From NCBI GenBank assembly GCA_947589015.1, contig CANPZF010000006.1:4280-68279 (forward strand): a stretch of 64,000 nucleotides of DNA, written 5' to 3'. Each line of letters starts with the position of its first letter. Positions within the stretch are counted from its first letter, which is position 1. A model generated the notes under the pieces. That model did no database searches. It was given only the letters and a program-made list of their open reading frames with translations, and was not told where the DNA came from. Source of the DNA: an uncultured Clostridia bacterium (GTDB taxonomy: Bacteria > Bacillota > Clostridia > TANB77 > CAG-508). The translations under genes were made by a program, and so were the position numbers. This document shows positions 53,458-63,282 of the stretch, in pieces.

Positions 53458-53548
53458 TTTTTACCATTCCTTTTAAAACAAATTGGCTGAAAGTTAATTT
53501 TGAGAATTTTAAACTCGCAATTTCTTTTCAGCCTTTATTTTTTATAAC

Positions 53549-53884
53549 TTATTGTATAACATCCTTAATTGCATCTCCTATAATTTTATTGACATCACCT
53601 ATAAGAACATTAAATTTAGTTTCTGCTTCTATATACTTTTTTGCTTCTGGTATTTCTATCAGCTCAGTATATATATCCTGCATTTTTTTATATTTTTCTT
53701 CATCACTTTGTTTATTTTGAATAGCAGCCATTTGTATCTCATATCTTAATGTTTCAAATTCTTTCATTTTGTTTTTTAATTCTGTATTTAAGTTTATTGC
53801 TTGTTTAGCCATTTTATAATTTATATATTCTTCAGACTGTTTAATTTCACTTGCTAATGTATTTACAGTATCATAAATATTCAA
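53549..53884 (-). CDS. YlbF/YmcA family regulator
   Basis: IYD....LA.EIKQSEEY..Y and Y.EAE..F..L..DVNKII patterns. Confidence 0.85.
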   Translation of the reverse strand: MNIYDTVNTLASEIKQSEEYINYKMAKQAINLNTELKNKMKEFETLRYEIQMAAIQNKQSDEEKYKKMQDIYTELIEIPEAKKYIEAETKFNVLIGDVNKIIGDAIKDVIQ

Positions 53885-53902
53885 CGTTACATTTCCTTCT
53901 TT

Positions 53903-54991
53903 CTATGTATTATTAGTATTTGTTTCATTACTAGGAACCGGTTCTTCTGGTCCTTCTATCTTAATATTGGCAGTTGTAGGACAAATATTTACAAATGTGT
54001 TTCCATCATTTACTTGTATTTCATTTCCTTCTAAATCTTGATATTTCGTTTTTTCTTCTCTTGAGCTTTTTATGCATTTTATCTTTATTGCCTTACCATT
54101 AGTAATATAATATCCATCACATGTTCCTATATTTCTTATTCCCTGTCTTCCTTTGTTTTCAGAATCATTCAAAGTATAATTATCACAAAGAGTTATAATT
54201 ATATTTTTAGTTGTGATAGTTTCTTTTGTATCCCAATCAGTTTGCTCTTTTTGTCTAGCATATCTTTTATATACTTTATTTTCTTCGTCATATTCATATT
54301 TTACAACTTGTAATGTAGAATGTGGAATCGTTACACTTGTTGCTCCTTGTCCCTCTTCTAAATTTACTTCATCTGTAGTATATTTTAATACACTTTCTTT
54401 ATTAGAAGTAGTTCTATATCTTTTATTATTAGCTGATTGTAAGATTTTTTGTGTACTAGCTACTGCATTATGTGGTGCTGCTTTATCTTTAACTCTCCAA
54501 AATGTAGTTCCATCTTCAGCAATACCATTTATGTTATTTATGCTATATTTAGTTATGTCACTTTGTGCCTGTGGGCTCCATCCAAAATGAACATATATTG
54601 CATCATTTTCCATTGCATAATCTAAAAAATAATGTCTTGCACTTCTTATTGGCCCAATTTTTTCTAAGTCTACTCCTTTAAATAATGCCATAAGTCTAGT
54701 TTCTCCACCTTCTGCAATTATTTCATATACCATATATGCTTTCTGTAATCCTGCTTGTGGCCATGCATCTTTGTGATTATCTATCATAACAGCTATTGGT
54801 CTATTATTTCCTTGAAAAATTTGTACTTCCTTTTTTTCTTCTACTACAACATTTTCTTCTTCACTGGCTGTTTCTTCTATATCTACTTCTTGATTTTGCT
54901 TGTCTTGCTTAATTTTGTATCCTAGAACTGCTCCTGCAACTATAATTAATATTATCAAAATGGCAACTAAAATTTTTACACTGTTATTCAT
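53903..54991 (-). CDS. DUF3048 (YerB-like) exported protein
   Basis: RPIAVMIDN, PQAGL, YEIIAEGGETR, GPIRSARHYF and APHN motifs. Confidence 0.9.
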   Translation of the reverse strand: MNNSVKILVAILIILIIVAGAVLGYKIKQDKQNQEVDIEETASEEENVVVEEKKEVQIFQGNNRPIAVMIDNHKDAWPQAGLQKAYMVYEIIAEGGETRLMALFKGVDLEKIGPIRSARHYFLDYAMENDAIYVHFGWSPQAQSDITKYSINNINGIAEDGTTFWRVKDKAAPHNAVASTQKILQSANNKRYRTTSNKESVLKYTTDEVNLEEGQGATSVTIPHSTLQVVKYEYDEENKVYKRYARQKEQTDWDTKETITTKNIIITLCDNYTLNDSENKGRQGIRNIGTCDGYYITNGKAIKIKCIKSSREEKTKYQDLEGNEIQVNDGNTFVNICPTTANIKIEGPEEPVPSNETNTNNT

Positions 54992-55006
54992 TTGTTATCT
55001 TCCCTT

Positions 55007-55492
55007 CTATTTGTTTCTTATAATACCTAATTTATTCAATATATTTTCCTCTTTAGTTCTCATTTCTTCTCTGTCTTGTTCTTTTATATGATCATATCCC
55101 ATTAAATGATAGAAACCATGTACTATCATATAGCTTAATTCTCTTTCAAAACTATGTCCATACTCCTGTGCTTGTTGTTCTACTTGTTCTATTGAAATGA
55201 CAATATCACCTAAAATATCTTCATAGTCAAATTCTTTATTTTTTATTTTCTTTTCTAGCTCGTCCTTTTCAAACATAGGAAAAGAAAGCACATCAGTTGC
55301 TTTATCTATTCCTCTATACTGCTTATTAATTTCTTGTATATTTTTAGGATTTGTTAGTGTAATTGTTATACACATTTTCGAACTTTCTATTTTTTCTTCT
55401 TTAAAACATTCGTCTATTACTTTTTTTATTTCTTGTTCATATTCTTTTTTTTCTTTTATATCCTTATATATAATTTCATACATATTATGCAA
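55007..55492 (-). CDS. ybeY: rRNA maturation endoribonuclease YbeY
   Basis: YRGIDKATDVLSFP, LGDIVIS and HGFYHLMGYDH motifs. Confidence 0.96.
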   Translation of the reverse strand: MHNMYEIIYKDIKEKKEYEQEIKKVIDECFKEEKIESSKMCITITLTNPKNIQEINKQYRGIDKATDVLSFPMFEKDELEKKIKNKEFDYEDILGDIVISIEQVEQQAQEYGHSFERELSYMIVHGFYHLMGYDHIKEQDREEMRTKEENILNKLGIIRNK

Positions 55493-56690
55493 CTTCCTTT
55501 AATTTTGTATATCTGCCTTCTGAACGATATGAATTTTTTATCTCTCTTAGTGCATTATAATCAATTAACTTTCTTTTATAATATTTTATTAAATTACTAT
55601 AGTCTATTTTAGATTTCTTTATGTCATTTATATCATTTTTTATAAACAAAATTTCTTTCTGTTTTATATATTCAATAAAATCCGTTTCCTTTAATTTTAA
55701 AATTTCTTGATATTTATTCCAGAATTTTTTATATTCTTCTCTTTCTTTTTGATTTTCCCAATATACTTTTGTAGATAATAGTCGTACATTATAATCCTCT
55801 ATTACATTAATTAATAGGCTATAAGCTCTTTCTCTTTTAGTTGCAATTTTTGTGTCTTGCACTAATGTTCTTGCATCATTTAAAAGTTTTTCATAGCATT
55901 GTGACGCAACTATTAATGGCAAACTATGTGTAAATAGACTTCTACTAATTCCCAAAAGAATCATGTTCTTTTCTATTACATCTCTTCCATCTAGTTTTCC
56001 TACTGTATATGATTCATATTTTTCATAATCTTTCATTACTTTTTCTAAAGATTTATCTTCTTGTATTTTTATTTTTAATGATAATATATTTTGAATATAC
56101 TCTTCTAACGTGTGAAATATTTTTATATAAATCCACTCTTTTGATGATTCATAAGTACTTGTTGAATCTGCTAATTTAATAGAATAATTTTTTAGTATTG
56201 CTTTATATAATGTGTCCATTTTACTTACATAAAAATTATTATATTTTTCTACAATTTTTTCTTTTCCTGATGTTTGAATTCCAGCATTGTCTAGTTCCAA
56301 TAGATATTTTTGCTTTCTATTTTTATATTCTATATATTCATTTTCTTTTAAACTTACTACTTCATAATATTTAGCCATTGCATTTTTTTCAAATTCTGAT
56401 GCTGTTCCATTTTTCACCTTTTTATACAAAGAATCCATCACATATTTATCTAATGCTTCTAAATATGCTTCATATGCTGTCTCATATTTTTTTTCTACTT
56501 CATCTTTATTATAATTTTCATCTCCTACTTTATAGTTCTCATATGCTTTTATTACATTATTCCTTTTTATGGAAATTAGTATACCATTAATTCCTATTTT
56601 GGTTGGTATCAACATCCTTGTTAATGTATTTGTTATTTTGCTAAAAAATGTTTTGTCTGCTCCTGTGATTCTAAGACTTTTCTCTTCCAT
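55485..56690 (-). CDS. Hypothetical helical protein
   Basis: 401-aa ORF translationally coupled to ybeY. No recognised motif. Confidence 0.75.
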   Translation of the reverse strand: MEEKSLRITGADKTFFSKITNTLTRMLIPTKIGINGILISIKRNNVIKAYENYKVGDENYNKDEVEKKYETAYEAYLEALDKYVMDSLYKKVKNGTASEFEKNAMAKYYEVVSLKENEYIEYKNRKQKYLLELDNAGIQTSGKEKIVEKYNNFYVSKMDTLYKAILKNYSIKLADSTSTYESSKEWIYIKIFHTLEEYIQNILSLKIKIQEDKSLEKVMKDYEKYESYTVGKLDGRDVIEKNMILLGISRSLFTHSLPLIVASQCYEKLLNDARTLVQDTKIATKRERAYSLLINVIEDYNVRLLSTKVYWENQKEREEYKKFWNKYQEILKLKETDFIEYIKQKEILFIKNDINDIKKSKIDYSNLIKYYKRKLIDYNALREIKNSYRSEGRYTKLKEVA

Positions 56691-56703
56691 TCATATCATC
56701 CCT

Positions 56704-57894
56704 TCAAAATACATTTTTTTCATTCGTTCCTATACTTTCAAGTACTTCATACGTAACACTTACCATAACACCATCTTGTTCTTCAACTACATTAATATTT
56801 TTGTTTACGATTTTTTCCTTGTTATCAATTTCTTCGTCTAATTCTTGCTGTAGCTGTTTAATCCCTAATTGTTTAGCTTCTTCATAATTATAAGTTTTAG
56901 ATATTTCTTCTACTTGTTCATTAGTAATTTTAATTACAGAAATTGGTAAATAGAAATCTGAAAATAGTTTAAATCTGTTTTCATTTTCTATTGTATCATA
57001 AATTTCAAATTTTGAAACCCCTTTATTAAAATTTATTTTAAAATTATTAAATTTTATTGCATATAGTTCTTCTTTTTCTCCTGTTTTTCTTCTTTCCGTA
57101 GTCTTATATAATATTTTTTTGTTCTTAGTGTGCCACACTTTGGCCTCTATCTCTCCTTTTGCATGTACATATTGCAATCCAGTATATTTTCCTTCCATCC
57201 AGCCATTTATTAAAATTTCACCTATGTTTACTGTATCTCCTACCTTTACATTAGCAGTTCCATTTTGTGCATTTATTTTTGTAATTATTCCTGCTTTATC
57301 TGATACAATATTACAATATTCATTTTCATCAATTATTTCTGGTTTTTGTACTGATTTAACTATTTTTACAATCGCATTTGTTCCTTTCATTTGTATTCCC
57401 ATCCATGCAATATCATCTCTTTGTAATCTTACTTTATTAATAATGTCTTTTGTATCTATTTGTGCTTTTAATTTTGCTACTTTTAACCCTGCTTCATCTA
57501 GACTTTGTTCAATATTTTCTATTTCTTGATTTTCTTCTATTTTTATTTCTATATTCCACACAAAATTAGATGATATTATTAAAAATATTATTATAAATAA
57601 AAGAAATCCAAAAAATATTTTTCTCTTTTTATATTTATGTACTAAAAATGGAATACCTTTCTTTTTTTGTATTTTTACTCTGCATTTAACTTTTTTAGCT
57701 ATTTTACACAATTCTTTAAAGTCACTTTTTCTTACATTTAAATTTACTATTAATTTTGTATTATCACTTCGTTTTAAATTCCATATTGCAATATTATTTG
57801 TTTTGCAAATATTAATAAATCGTTCTATGTAATATCCTTCTACTGATATTTTTAAATACCCTATTATATAACTTAAGATTATTCTTATGAACAT
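56704..57894 (-). CDS. yqfD: Sporulation protein YqfD
   Basis: ERFIN.C, GIPF, DIAWMGIQMKGT, NIVSDKAGII and VHAKGEIEAKVW motifs. Follows yqfC. Confidence 0.9.
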   Translation of the reverse strand: MFIRIILSYIIGYLKISVEGYYIERFINICKTNNIAIWNLKRSDNTKLIVNLNVRKSDFKELCKIAKKVKCRVKIQKKKGIPFLVHKYKKRKIFFGFLLFIIIFLIISSNFVWNIEIKIEENQEIENIEQSLDEAGLKVAKLKAQIDTKDIINKVRLQRDDIAWMGIQMKGTNAIVKIVKSVQKPEIIDENEYCNIVSDKAGIITKINAQNGTANVKVGDTVNIGEILINGWMEGKYTGLQYVHAKGEIEAKVWHTKNKKILYKTTERRKTGEKEELYAIKFNNFKINFNKGVSKFEIYDTIENENRFKLFSDFYLPISVIKITNEQVEEISKTYNYEEAKQLGIKQLQQELDEEIDNKEKIVNKNINVVEEQDGVMVSVTYEVLESIGTNEKNVF

Positions 57895-57905
57895 TTTTAT
57901 CTCCT

Positions 57906-58217
57906 TTAATCTTGCTTTCTTTCAATATCAAAGCTCTCAATTTTTCCAGTAATTTTTATATCATCATTAGTCATATTTTCTAAATTAAGCCCATATCCAT
58001 TTATATTTATAATTCCTATATGTGTATTTACTCTTAAGAAAATCTCTTCATATTCTAATATCCCCTTGAAATTTTCTATAATCATTTCGTCAAATCCAGT
58101 AATTATAATTTTAGGTACATTAGAATATACTTCTTGAGGTAATTCTAAAATTCTATCTAATCTATTCCTCTTGTTTTTTTTAGTTTTATTCATATGTTTT
58201 ACACCTCTATTTTTCAA
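57906..58217 (-). CDS. yqfC: YabP/YqfC family sporulation protein
   Basis: LELPQEV..VPKI.ITG..IENFKGILEY pattern. Confidence 0.85.
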   Translation of the reverse strand: MKNRGVKHMNKTKKNKRNRLDRILELPQEVYSNVPKIIITGFDEMIIENFKGILEYEEIFLRVNTHIGIININGYGLNLENMTNDDIKITGKIESFDIERKQD

Positions 58218-59016
58218 ATTCTTCTAAACTTTTAAATTCATATCCGTTTTTCTTAATTTCTTTTATAATTGTATCCAATATATTAGTATTTGTTTTTGAA
58301 TTACCATGTAACAACATTATTTCTCCAGGATGAATATTGGCTAATACCTTTTCTTTTGCTTTTTCTTCATTTGGTTGATTATTTTCATTCCAATCTTCAT
58401 ATGCAAAAGACCACATTACTGTTTTATATCCATATGAACTTGTAAGTTTTAGGGTTTTTTCGCTAAATTCTCCCTTAGGTGGTCTCATATATTTCATCTC
58501 ATATCCAAACTTTTCATATATCGCTAAATGCAAATCCATTATTTCACTCTTTATTTTTTGTTCATCTAATTCTGGCATACTTTTATGGTTTACAGTGTGA
58601 TTTCCTACTATATGTCCTTCATCTATCATTTGCTTTACTAATTCTTCTTGTGTATTTAAATAATGTGCTGTTATAAAAAATGTTGCTGTTACTTGATTTT
58701 CTTTTAAAGTTTTTAAAATTTGTTTTGTGTATCCTGCTTCATATCCTTCATCAAATGTCAAATATACGTACTTCTTTTCTACATTTCCTAAATAAATACC
58801 ATTATTTTCATCTAGCATTTTTCTATTAGCACTTCCTACATCTGGTTGCTTATTATCTTTTTCTCTTTTTATACCCCATTCTATCTTTTTAGTACTTACA
58901 TTTGATAAACTTGTTGTTACTGTTTCTTTCGTTCTATTTAATTCACTTATACTAAATGAAAATATTCCTAATATTAACAATGATATGATAAAAACATTTA
59001 TATTATTTTTTTTCAT
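58207..59016 (-). CDS. pdaA: Polysaccharide deacetylase (PdaA-like, spore cortex delta-lactam)
   Basis: YLTFDEGYEAGYT, GNHTVNH, RPPKGEFS, WSFAYEDW and LLH motifs. Confidence 0.82.
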   Translation of the reverse strand: MKKNNINVFIISLLILGIFSFSISELNRTKETVTTSLSNVSTKKIEWGIKREKDNKQPDVGSANRKMLDENNGIYLGNVEKKYVYLTFDEGYEAGYTKQILKTLKENQVTATFFITAHYLNTQEELVKQMIDEGHIVGNHTVNHKSMPELDEQKIKSEIMDLHLAIYEKFGYEMKYMRPPKGEFSEKTLKLTSSYGYKTVMWSFAYEDWNENNQPNEEKAKEKVLANIHPGEIMLLHGNSKTNTNILDTIIKEIKKNGYEFKSLEEFEK

Positions 59017-59290
59017 ATTCCACCTCTTTAATTGTTTTTTTCTTTTAATTTTATGAAGTTCTAAAAATATTATTACTTTGCTTTTATTCTTTAATAATTT
59101 ACTATGTTTTATAAAAAATTTTTTTGTATAAAAATTTTTAACTTTATTGACTTATATAGAAATTTCTATTTTTTGTTGTGTCTTTTTTACAGTATTTTCC
59201 AGTATTTATCTTGTCTGTACATATTTTGTTACCTTTAGACTCCACTGATACTAATTGTTTCACAAATTGGATAAATTTGTAAATTAACAC

Positions 59291-59319
59291 TTGACAATAT
59301 AAATATTTTAGAATATATT
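59291..59319 (+). promoter_or_regulatory. Probable sigma-A promoter of agrA-agrC
   Basis: TTGACA-17 nt-TATATT upstream of the GGAGG RBS. Confidence 0.5.
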
Positions 59320-59408
59320 GTATTTGTTTTTGGAAAAATAAGGTAATTTTTTACATTTTGTATTATTATAAAAATATTCTTTTTTAATACTTTTTTGGAG
59401 GATTAAGC

Positions 59409-60122
59409 ATGTTAAATTTTGTAATCTGTGATGATAATTCAAATATTTTAGATAAATTATCAAAATTATTAGAAAACATCTTTGTTAAAAATAATTTCGA
59501 GGCTAAAGTCGCTTTTAAATCTACCAACACAGATGATATTTTAGGGTTTGTTGATAATAATAAAATTGATGTTTTAATGTTAGATATTAATTTAAAGTCT
59601 GATAAATCTGGTTTGGAATTAGCTGATATAATTAGAAAGAAAAATAAAGATGTTTATTTAATTTTTACTACCGCACACCTAGAATATGCTATGGTCGCAT
59701 ATAAATTTAAAACTTTTGATTATTTAGCCAAACCTATTACTTTAGATAGGCTCGAAGACACTATAAAAAGATTATTTGAAGATGTTAATGGATTACCAAA
59801 AAAATTTATTAGTATTGATTCAAAGAATACTGTTATTGATGCAGCAAAAATTTTATATATAAAAAGAGAGGGAATGAAATTAAATTTTCATACCTCTTCT
59901 CGTGATTATGACTCTTATAGTTCTTTTAATAAAATCCAAGATAAACTACCAGATAGTTTTATAAGATGTCATAAATCTTATATTGTTAATTTAAATAATA
60001 TTAAGGAGGTAGATCCTGTAACTTGTACAATCTGTTTCGAAAATGGTAATACTTGCTCTATTGGTCCAAAATATAAACATGAATTTATGGAGGTTTTTAA
60101 AAATGATGGAATTGTTGAATAA
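59409..60122 (+). CDS. agrA: LytTR-family response regulator (AgrA-like)
   Basis: Receiver motifs ICDD, LDI, FTT, KP and LytTR motif FIRCHKSYIVN. Confidence 0.88.
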   Translation: MLNFVICDDNSNILDKLSKLLENIFVKNNFEAKVAFKSTNTDDILGFVDNNKIDVLMLDINLKSDKSGLELADIIRKKNKDVYLIFTTAHLEYAMVAYKFKTFDYLAKPITLDRLEDTIKRLFEDVNGLPKKFISIDSKNTVIDAAKILYIKREGMKLNFHTSSRDYDSYSSFNKIQDKLPDSFIRCHKSYIVNLNNIKEVDPVTCTICFENGNTCSIGPKYKHEFMEVFKNDGIVE

Positions 60123-61452
60123 TATATGGCTAGCTTTAAGTACACCAAATGCAACTTTGATAAATATTATTAGTGTTCCCGCTATTTCTTTAGAAGTTCT
60201 TTTTACTTTACTTTTATTTTTAAACACTTTTAATGTTACATCTTCTAAACAGCAAAGAATCTTATATGTTATTCTATGTAGCTTTGTTGGTATAGTAACC
60301 AATATTTTATTACCTTCTCCATTTAATATTTTTATTAATTACATCCTTACATTTTTAATTAATTTTTCTATCTTTAAATTAAGTTTTTTTAAAACTTTTA
60401 TTGGTGTAATCATTCCTACTATATTATTTGCATTAATTGAAGGATTAACATTAAATCCTTATCTTTCTGCTTTTAAAATTACTTATGAGCAAATAACAAC
60501 TATACCTATTCATAGAATTAGTTATTCATTAATCACTTATACTTTCATCTATATTACTATCTTCTTCATAAAACATAAGGATTTTCCAATATATTTATTA
60601 GATATTTTAGATAAAAAAACAAAATTAACTATATTTATAAATGTAGTATTAGCTTTATTTGCTTTAGTATTACAAGCATTTGTAACTGTATTTTACATTG
60701 ATGTTCTTCCTTTGATAATTACTTTTCTTAGTTTTATTACCTTATTAATATACGTATCTGTTAGTATTTATAGTTTAACTAAAACTACAAAATTAGTATT
60801 AGCAAAACAACAGTTAGAAAGTGCTGAAGAATATAATAAAACTCTAAAAGTTTTGCATGATAATGTTAGAAGTTTCAAGCATGACTTTGACAATATAGTT
60901 ACTACTATAGGTGGCTATGTAAAAACTAATGATATGGACGGTTTAAAAAAATATTATGTGCAACTTGAAGATGATTGTCAAAAAGTAAACAACTTGTATT
61001 TATTAAATCCTGAAATTATTAATAACCCTGGTATTTATAATTTGCTTACTAACAAATATTATAATGCTGATTCTAAAGGCATAAAAGTAAATATGAGTTT
61101 TTTATTAGATTTAAATGAAATAAAAATGAAAATATATGAATTTGCTAGAATTTTAGGAATATTACTAGATAATGCTATTGAAGCAAGTGAAGAATGTGAT
61201 GAAAAAATAATTAATATAACATTTAGAAATGATGATAAAAATCACAGGCAGTTAATTATTATTGAAAATACTTATAATGACAAGAATATAGATACTGAAA
61301 AAATATTTGGTAAAGGTATAACTGGAAAAGAAAATCACACTGGATTAGGTTTATGGGAAGTCCAAAATATTATTAAGAAAACTCATAATGCTAACTTATA
61401 TACCTATAAAACAGAAAAATATTTCGTTCAACAATTAGAATTATATTATTAA
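60103..61452 (+). CDS. agrC: AgrC-like membrane histidine kinase (the ORF track starts at 60043)
   Basis: Multiple TM segments, RSFKHDFDN H-box, LLDNAIEA and GLGL motifs. GGAGG precedes ATG 60103. Confidence 0.88.
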   Translation: MMELLNNIWLALSTPNATLINIISVPAISLEVLFTLLLFLNTFNVTSSKQQRILYVILCSFVGIVTNILLPSPFNIFINYILTFLINFSIFKLSFFKTFIGVIIPTILFALIEGLTLNPYLSAFKITYEQITTIPIHRISYSLITYTFIYITIFFIKHKDFPIYLLDILDKKTKLTIFINVVLALFALVLQAFVTVFYIDVLPLIITFLSFITLLIYVSVSIYSLTKTTKLVLAKQQLESAEEYNKTLKVLHDNVRSFKHDFDNIVTTIGGYVKTNDMDGLKKYYVQLEDDCQKVNNLYLLNPEIINNPGIYNLLTNKYYNADSKGIKVNMSFLLDLNEIKMKIYEFARILGILLDNAIEASEECDEKIINITFRNDDKNHRQLIIIENTYNDKNIDTEKIFGKGITGKENHTGLGLWEVQNIIKKTHNANLYTYKTEKYFVQQLELYY

Positions 61453-61571
61453 TTATAAAAAGTAAAACAGTATGTAAATACTGTTTTACTTTTTTGGATT
61501 GTATAAATATAACTTTTAAGTTACCATTGGTAAAAATTTTTTGCGAACTATTTTTACCAATGCAATCTAAA

Positions 61572-61691
61572 CTAGTCCTTCTTTATCATACTTGCAGGCA
61601 TTTTAGGTTGATGTACTACCCATACAAAAAAACATGCTGTATTTGTTGCTTTAGCATATTTTTCAGCTACTTTAGATAAGAATTTTAGCAT
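61572..61691 (-). CDS. agrD: AgrD cyclic autoinducer propeptide (39 aa; not in the ORF track)
   Basis: Hand translation: MLKFLSKVAEKYAKATNTACFFVWVVHQPKMPASMIKKD*. AGGAGGAG RBS, directly downstream of agrB, C...HQPK.P signature. Confidence 0.9.
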   Translation of the reverse strand: MLKFLSKVAEKYAKATNTACFFVWVVHQPKMPASMIKKD

Positions 61692-61754
61692 ATAAAACTC
61701 CTCCTTCTTTTGTTCAATTTATATAACACAAAAACTTAAAGTTAGTTTTTTGTA

Positions 61755-62381
61755 TTAACTATTTTGTAATGAAGTCTCTCCATATACTTCATATCCATAT
61801 TTATTATTTGTCAATCTATATGCTAGTTTAGTTATTGTAAATGTTTGCACTAAATTTCCTAAAATCAATATGTTAGAAATAACATTATTACTTACAAAAA
61901 CAGCTGCTATTAAACCTATTGAAAGCCATATGTAAGAAGCTATTTGTTTTTTTCTTCTGTCTTTTTTGGCTAATATAGGTACATTTTCTGTATCTGCTGG
62001 AGCATATAACTTTATCATAATCATTCCAAATATCCATGTTATTGCAATCATGATATATTTAACTATATTTCCCATAATTAGATATTTAGATACTACTGCA
62101 ACTCCACAATATATCAAACATGTTGTCACAATGCATCCCAAATGTGTTTTTAGATGAAAGCCTCCTGATGCTCCCCTATATGGTATTAAAACCAAAAATG
62201 TTATTAATGTTTCTTTAAATATACCTAACAGAAAAGATATTCCCAATAATATAAATATCTTTGGTATTTCACCTATAATATTTTGTAAACCATAATTTAT
62301 TACTTCTGCTCTTTCATCATCAATCTCTGGCATTTCTTTTCTAATTCTATTGGTTAAAAACATACAGATGTTATCTATCAT
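61755..62381 (-). CDS. agrB: Accessory gene regulator B (AgrB); start reassigned to MIDNIC
   Basis: YGL, R.ASGGFHLKT..GC and YAPADTENVPI motifs. AGGTGAG RBS before ATG 62381. Confidence 0.92.
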   Translation of the reverse strand: MIDNICMFLTNRIRKEMPEIDDERAEVINYGLQNIIGEIPKIFILLGISFLLGIFKETLITFLVLIPYRGASGGFHLKTHLGCIVTTCLIYCGVAVVSKYLIMGNIVKYIMIAITWIFGMIMIKLYAPADTENVPILAKKDRRKKQIASYIWLSIGLIAAVFVSNNVISNILILGNLVQTFTITKLAYRLTNNKYGYEVYGETSLQNS

Positions 62382-62412
62382 ACACTCACCTCTTGTTTCA
62401 CCATTTGAGTAG

Positions 62413-62518
62413 ATTTTACCATTAGTATTTACCAACTTTCATTTTATTTTATGAAACGTGGTTTTCTCTTTACGAAATGATATAAATTATGTTTTCATAT
62501 AAGATTTATTTTACGAAA
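62413..62518 (-). promoter_or_regulatory. Candidate AgrA(LytTR)-activated agrBD promoter
   Basis: TTTCRTAAA direct repeats at 62477-62469 and 62456-62448 (12-nt spacer) plus a third at 62518-62510. They lie just upstream of a weak -35 and an extended -10 TGgTAAAAT (62421-62413). Confidence 0.5.
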
Positions 62519-62534
62519 AAGAAGAAGAAACAAA

Positions 62535-63227
62535 CTAAATGTTCATTTCTTCTTCTTTTATAATACACCATGTTCCTGATGGTTCTGGTAAATCCTTAAA
62601 AATCATCTCTTTTTTAGAAATAGGGTGCTTTATTGTTAATTGATAAGCCCATAAAGCTATTTGTTTTCCTTTTCCTCTTGTTCCATATTTTTGATCTCCA
62701 AATATACTATGCCCAAAATTTGATAATTGAACTCTAATTTGATGATGTCTACCTGTACGCAAATTTACTTTCACTAAACTTAAATCTTTCTTTTCATTAT
62801 AGGTAATTACCTCATAATCAAGAATAGCCTTTTTGGCATTTTTCTTTTCTTTATTTACTACTTTACTAGTATTTGTTCTCTCATCTTTATATAGATAATC
62901 TTCTAGTGTTCCTTCCTTTTGTAATATCATTCCATCAACTACAGCTAAATATTTCTTTTTTAGTTCTTTATTTCTTACCTGCTCACTAAGTCTACTTGCT
63001 GCCTTTGATGTTTTAGCAAATACCATTACTCCCCCAACAGGTCTATCTAATCTGTGAACTAATCCTAAATATACATTTCCTGGTTTATTATTCTTTATTT
63101 TTATATAATCCTTAATTATAGTAAGCATATCTTTATCGCCTGTTTTATCTTCTTGTGAAGGGATATTAGGCATCTTTTCTACTACTATAATATGATTATC
63201 TTCATATAATATTTTTAAATTTTGCAT
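62535..63227 (-). CDS. RluA-family pseudouridine synthase
   Basis: VHRLDRPVGG, TGRHHQIRVQ and GDQKYG motifs. Confidence 0.92.
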   Translation of the reverse strand: MQNLKILYEDNHIIVVEKMPNIPSQEDKTGDKDMLTIIKDYIKIKNNKPGNVYLGLVHRLDRPVGGVMVFAKTSKAASRLSEQVRNKELKKKYLAVVDGMILQKEGTLEDYLYKDERTNTSKVVNKEKKNAKKAILDYEVITYNEKKDLSLVKVNLRTGRHHQIRVQLSNFGHSIFGDQKYGTRGKGKQIALWAYQLTIKHPISKKEMIFKDLPEPSGTWCIIKEEEMNI

Positions 63228-63282
63228 TTATTTCCCCATTATTTAATAATTTTGTTTTTTTATGATACATGTAACACATTTA

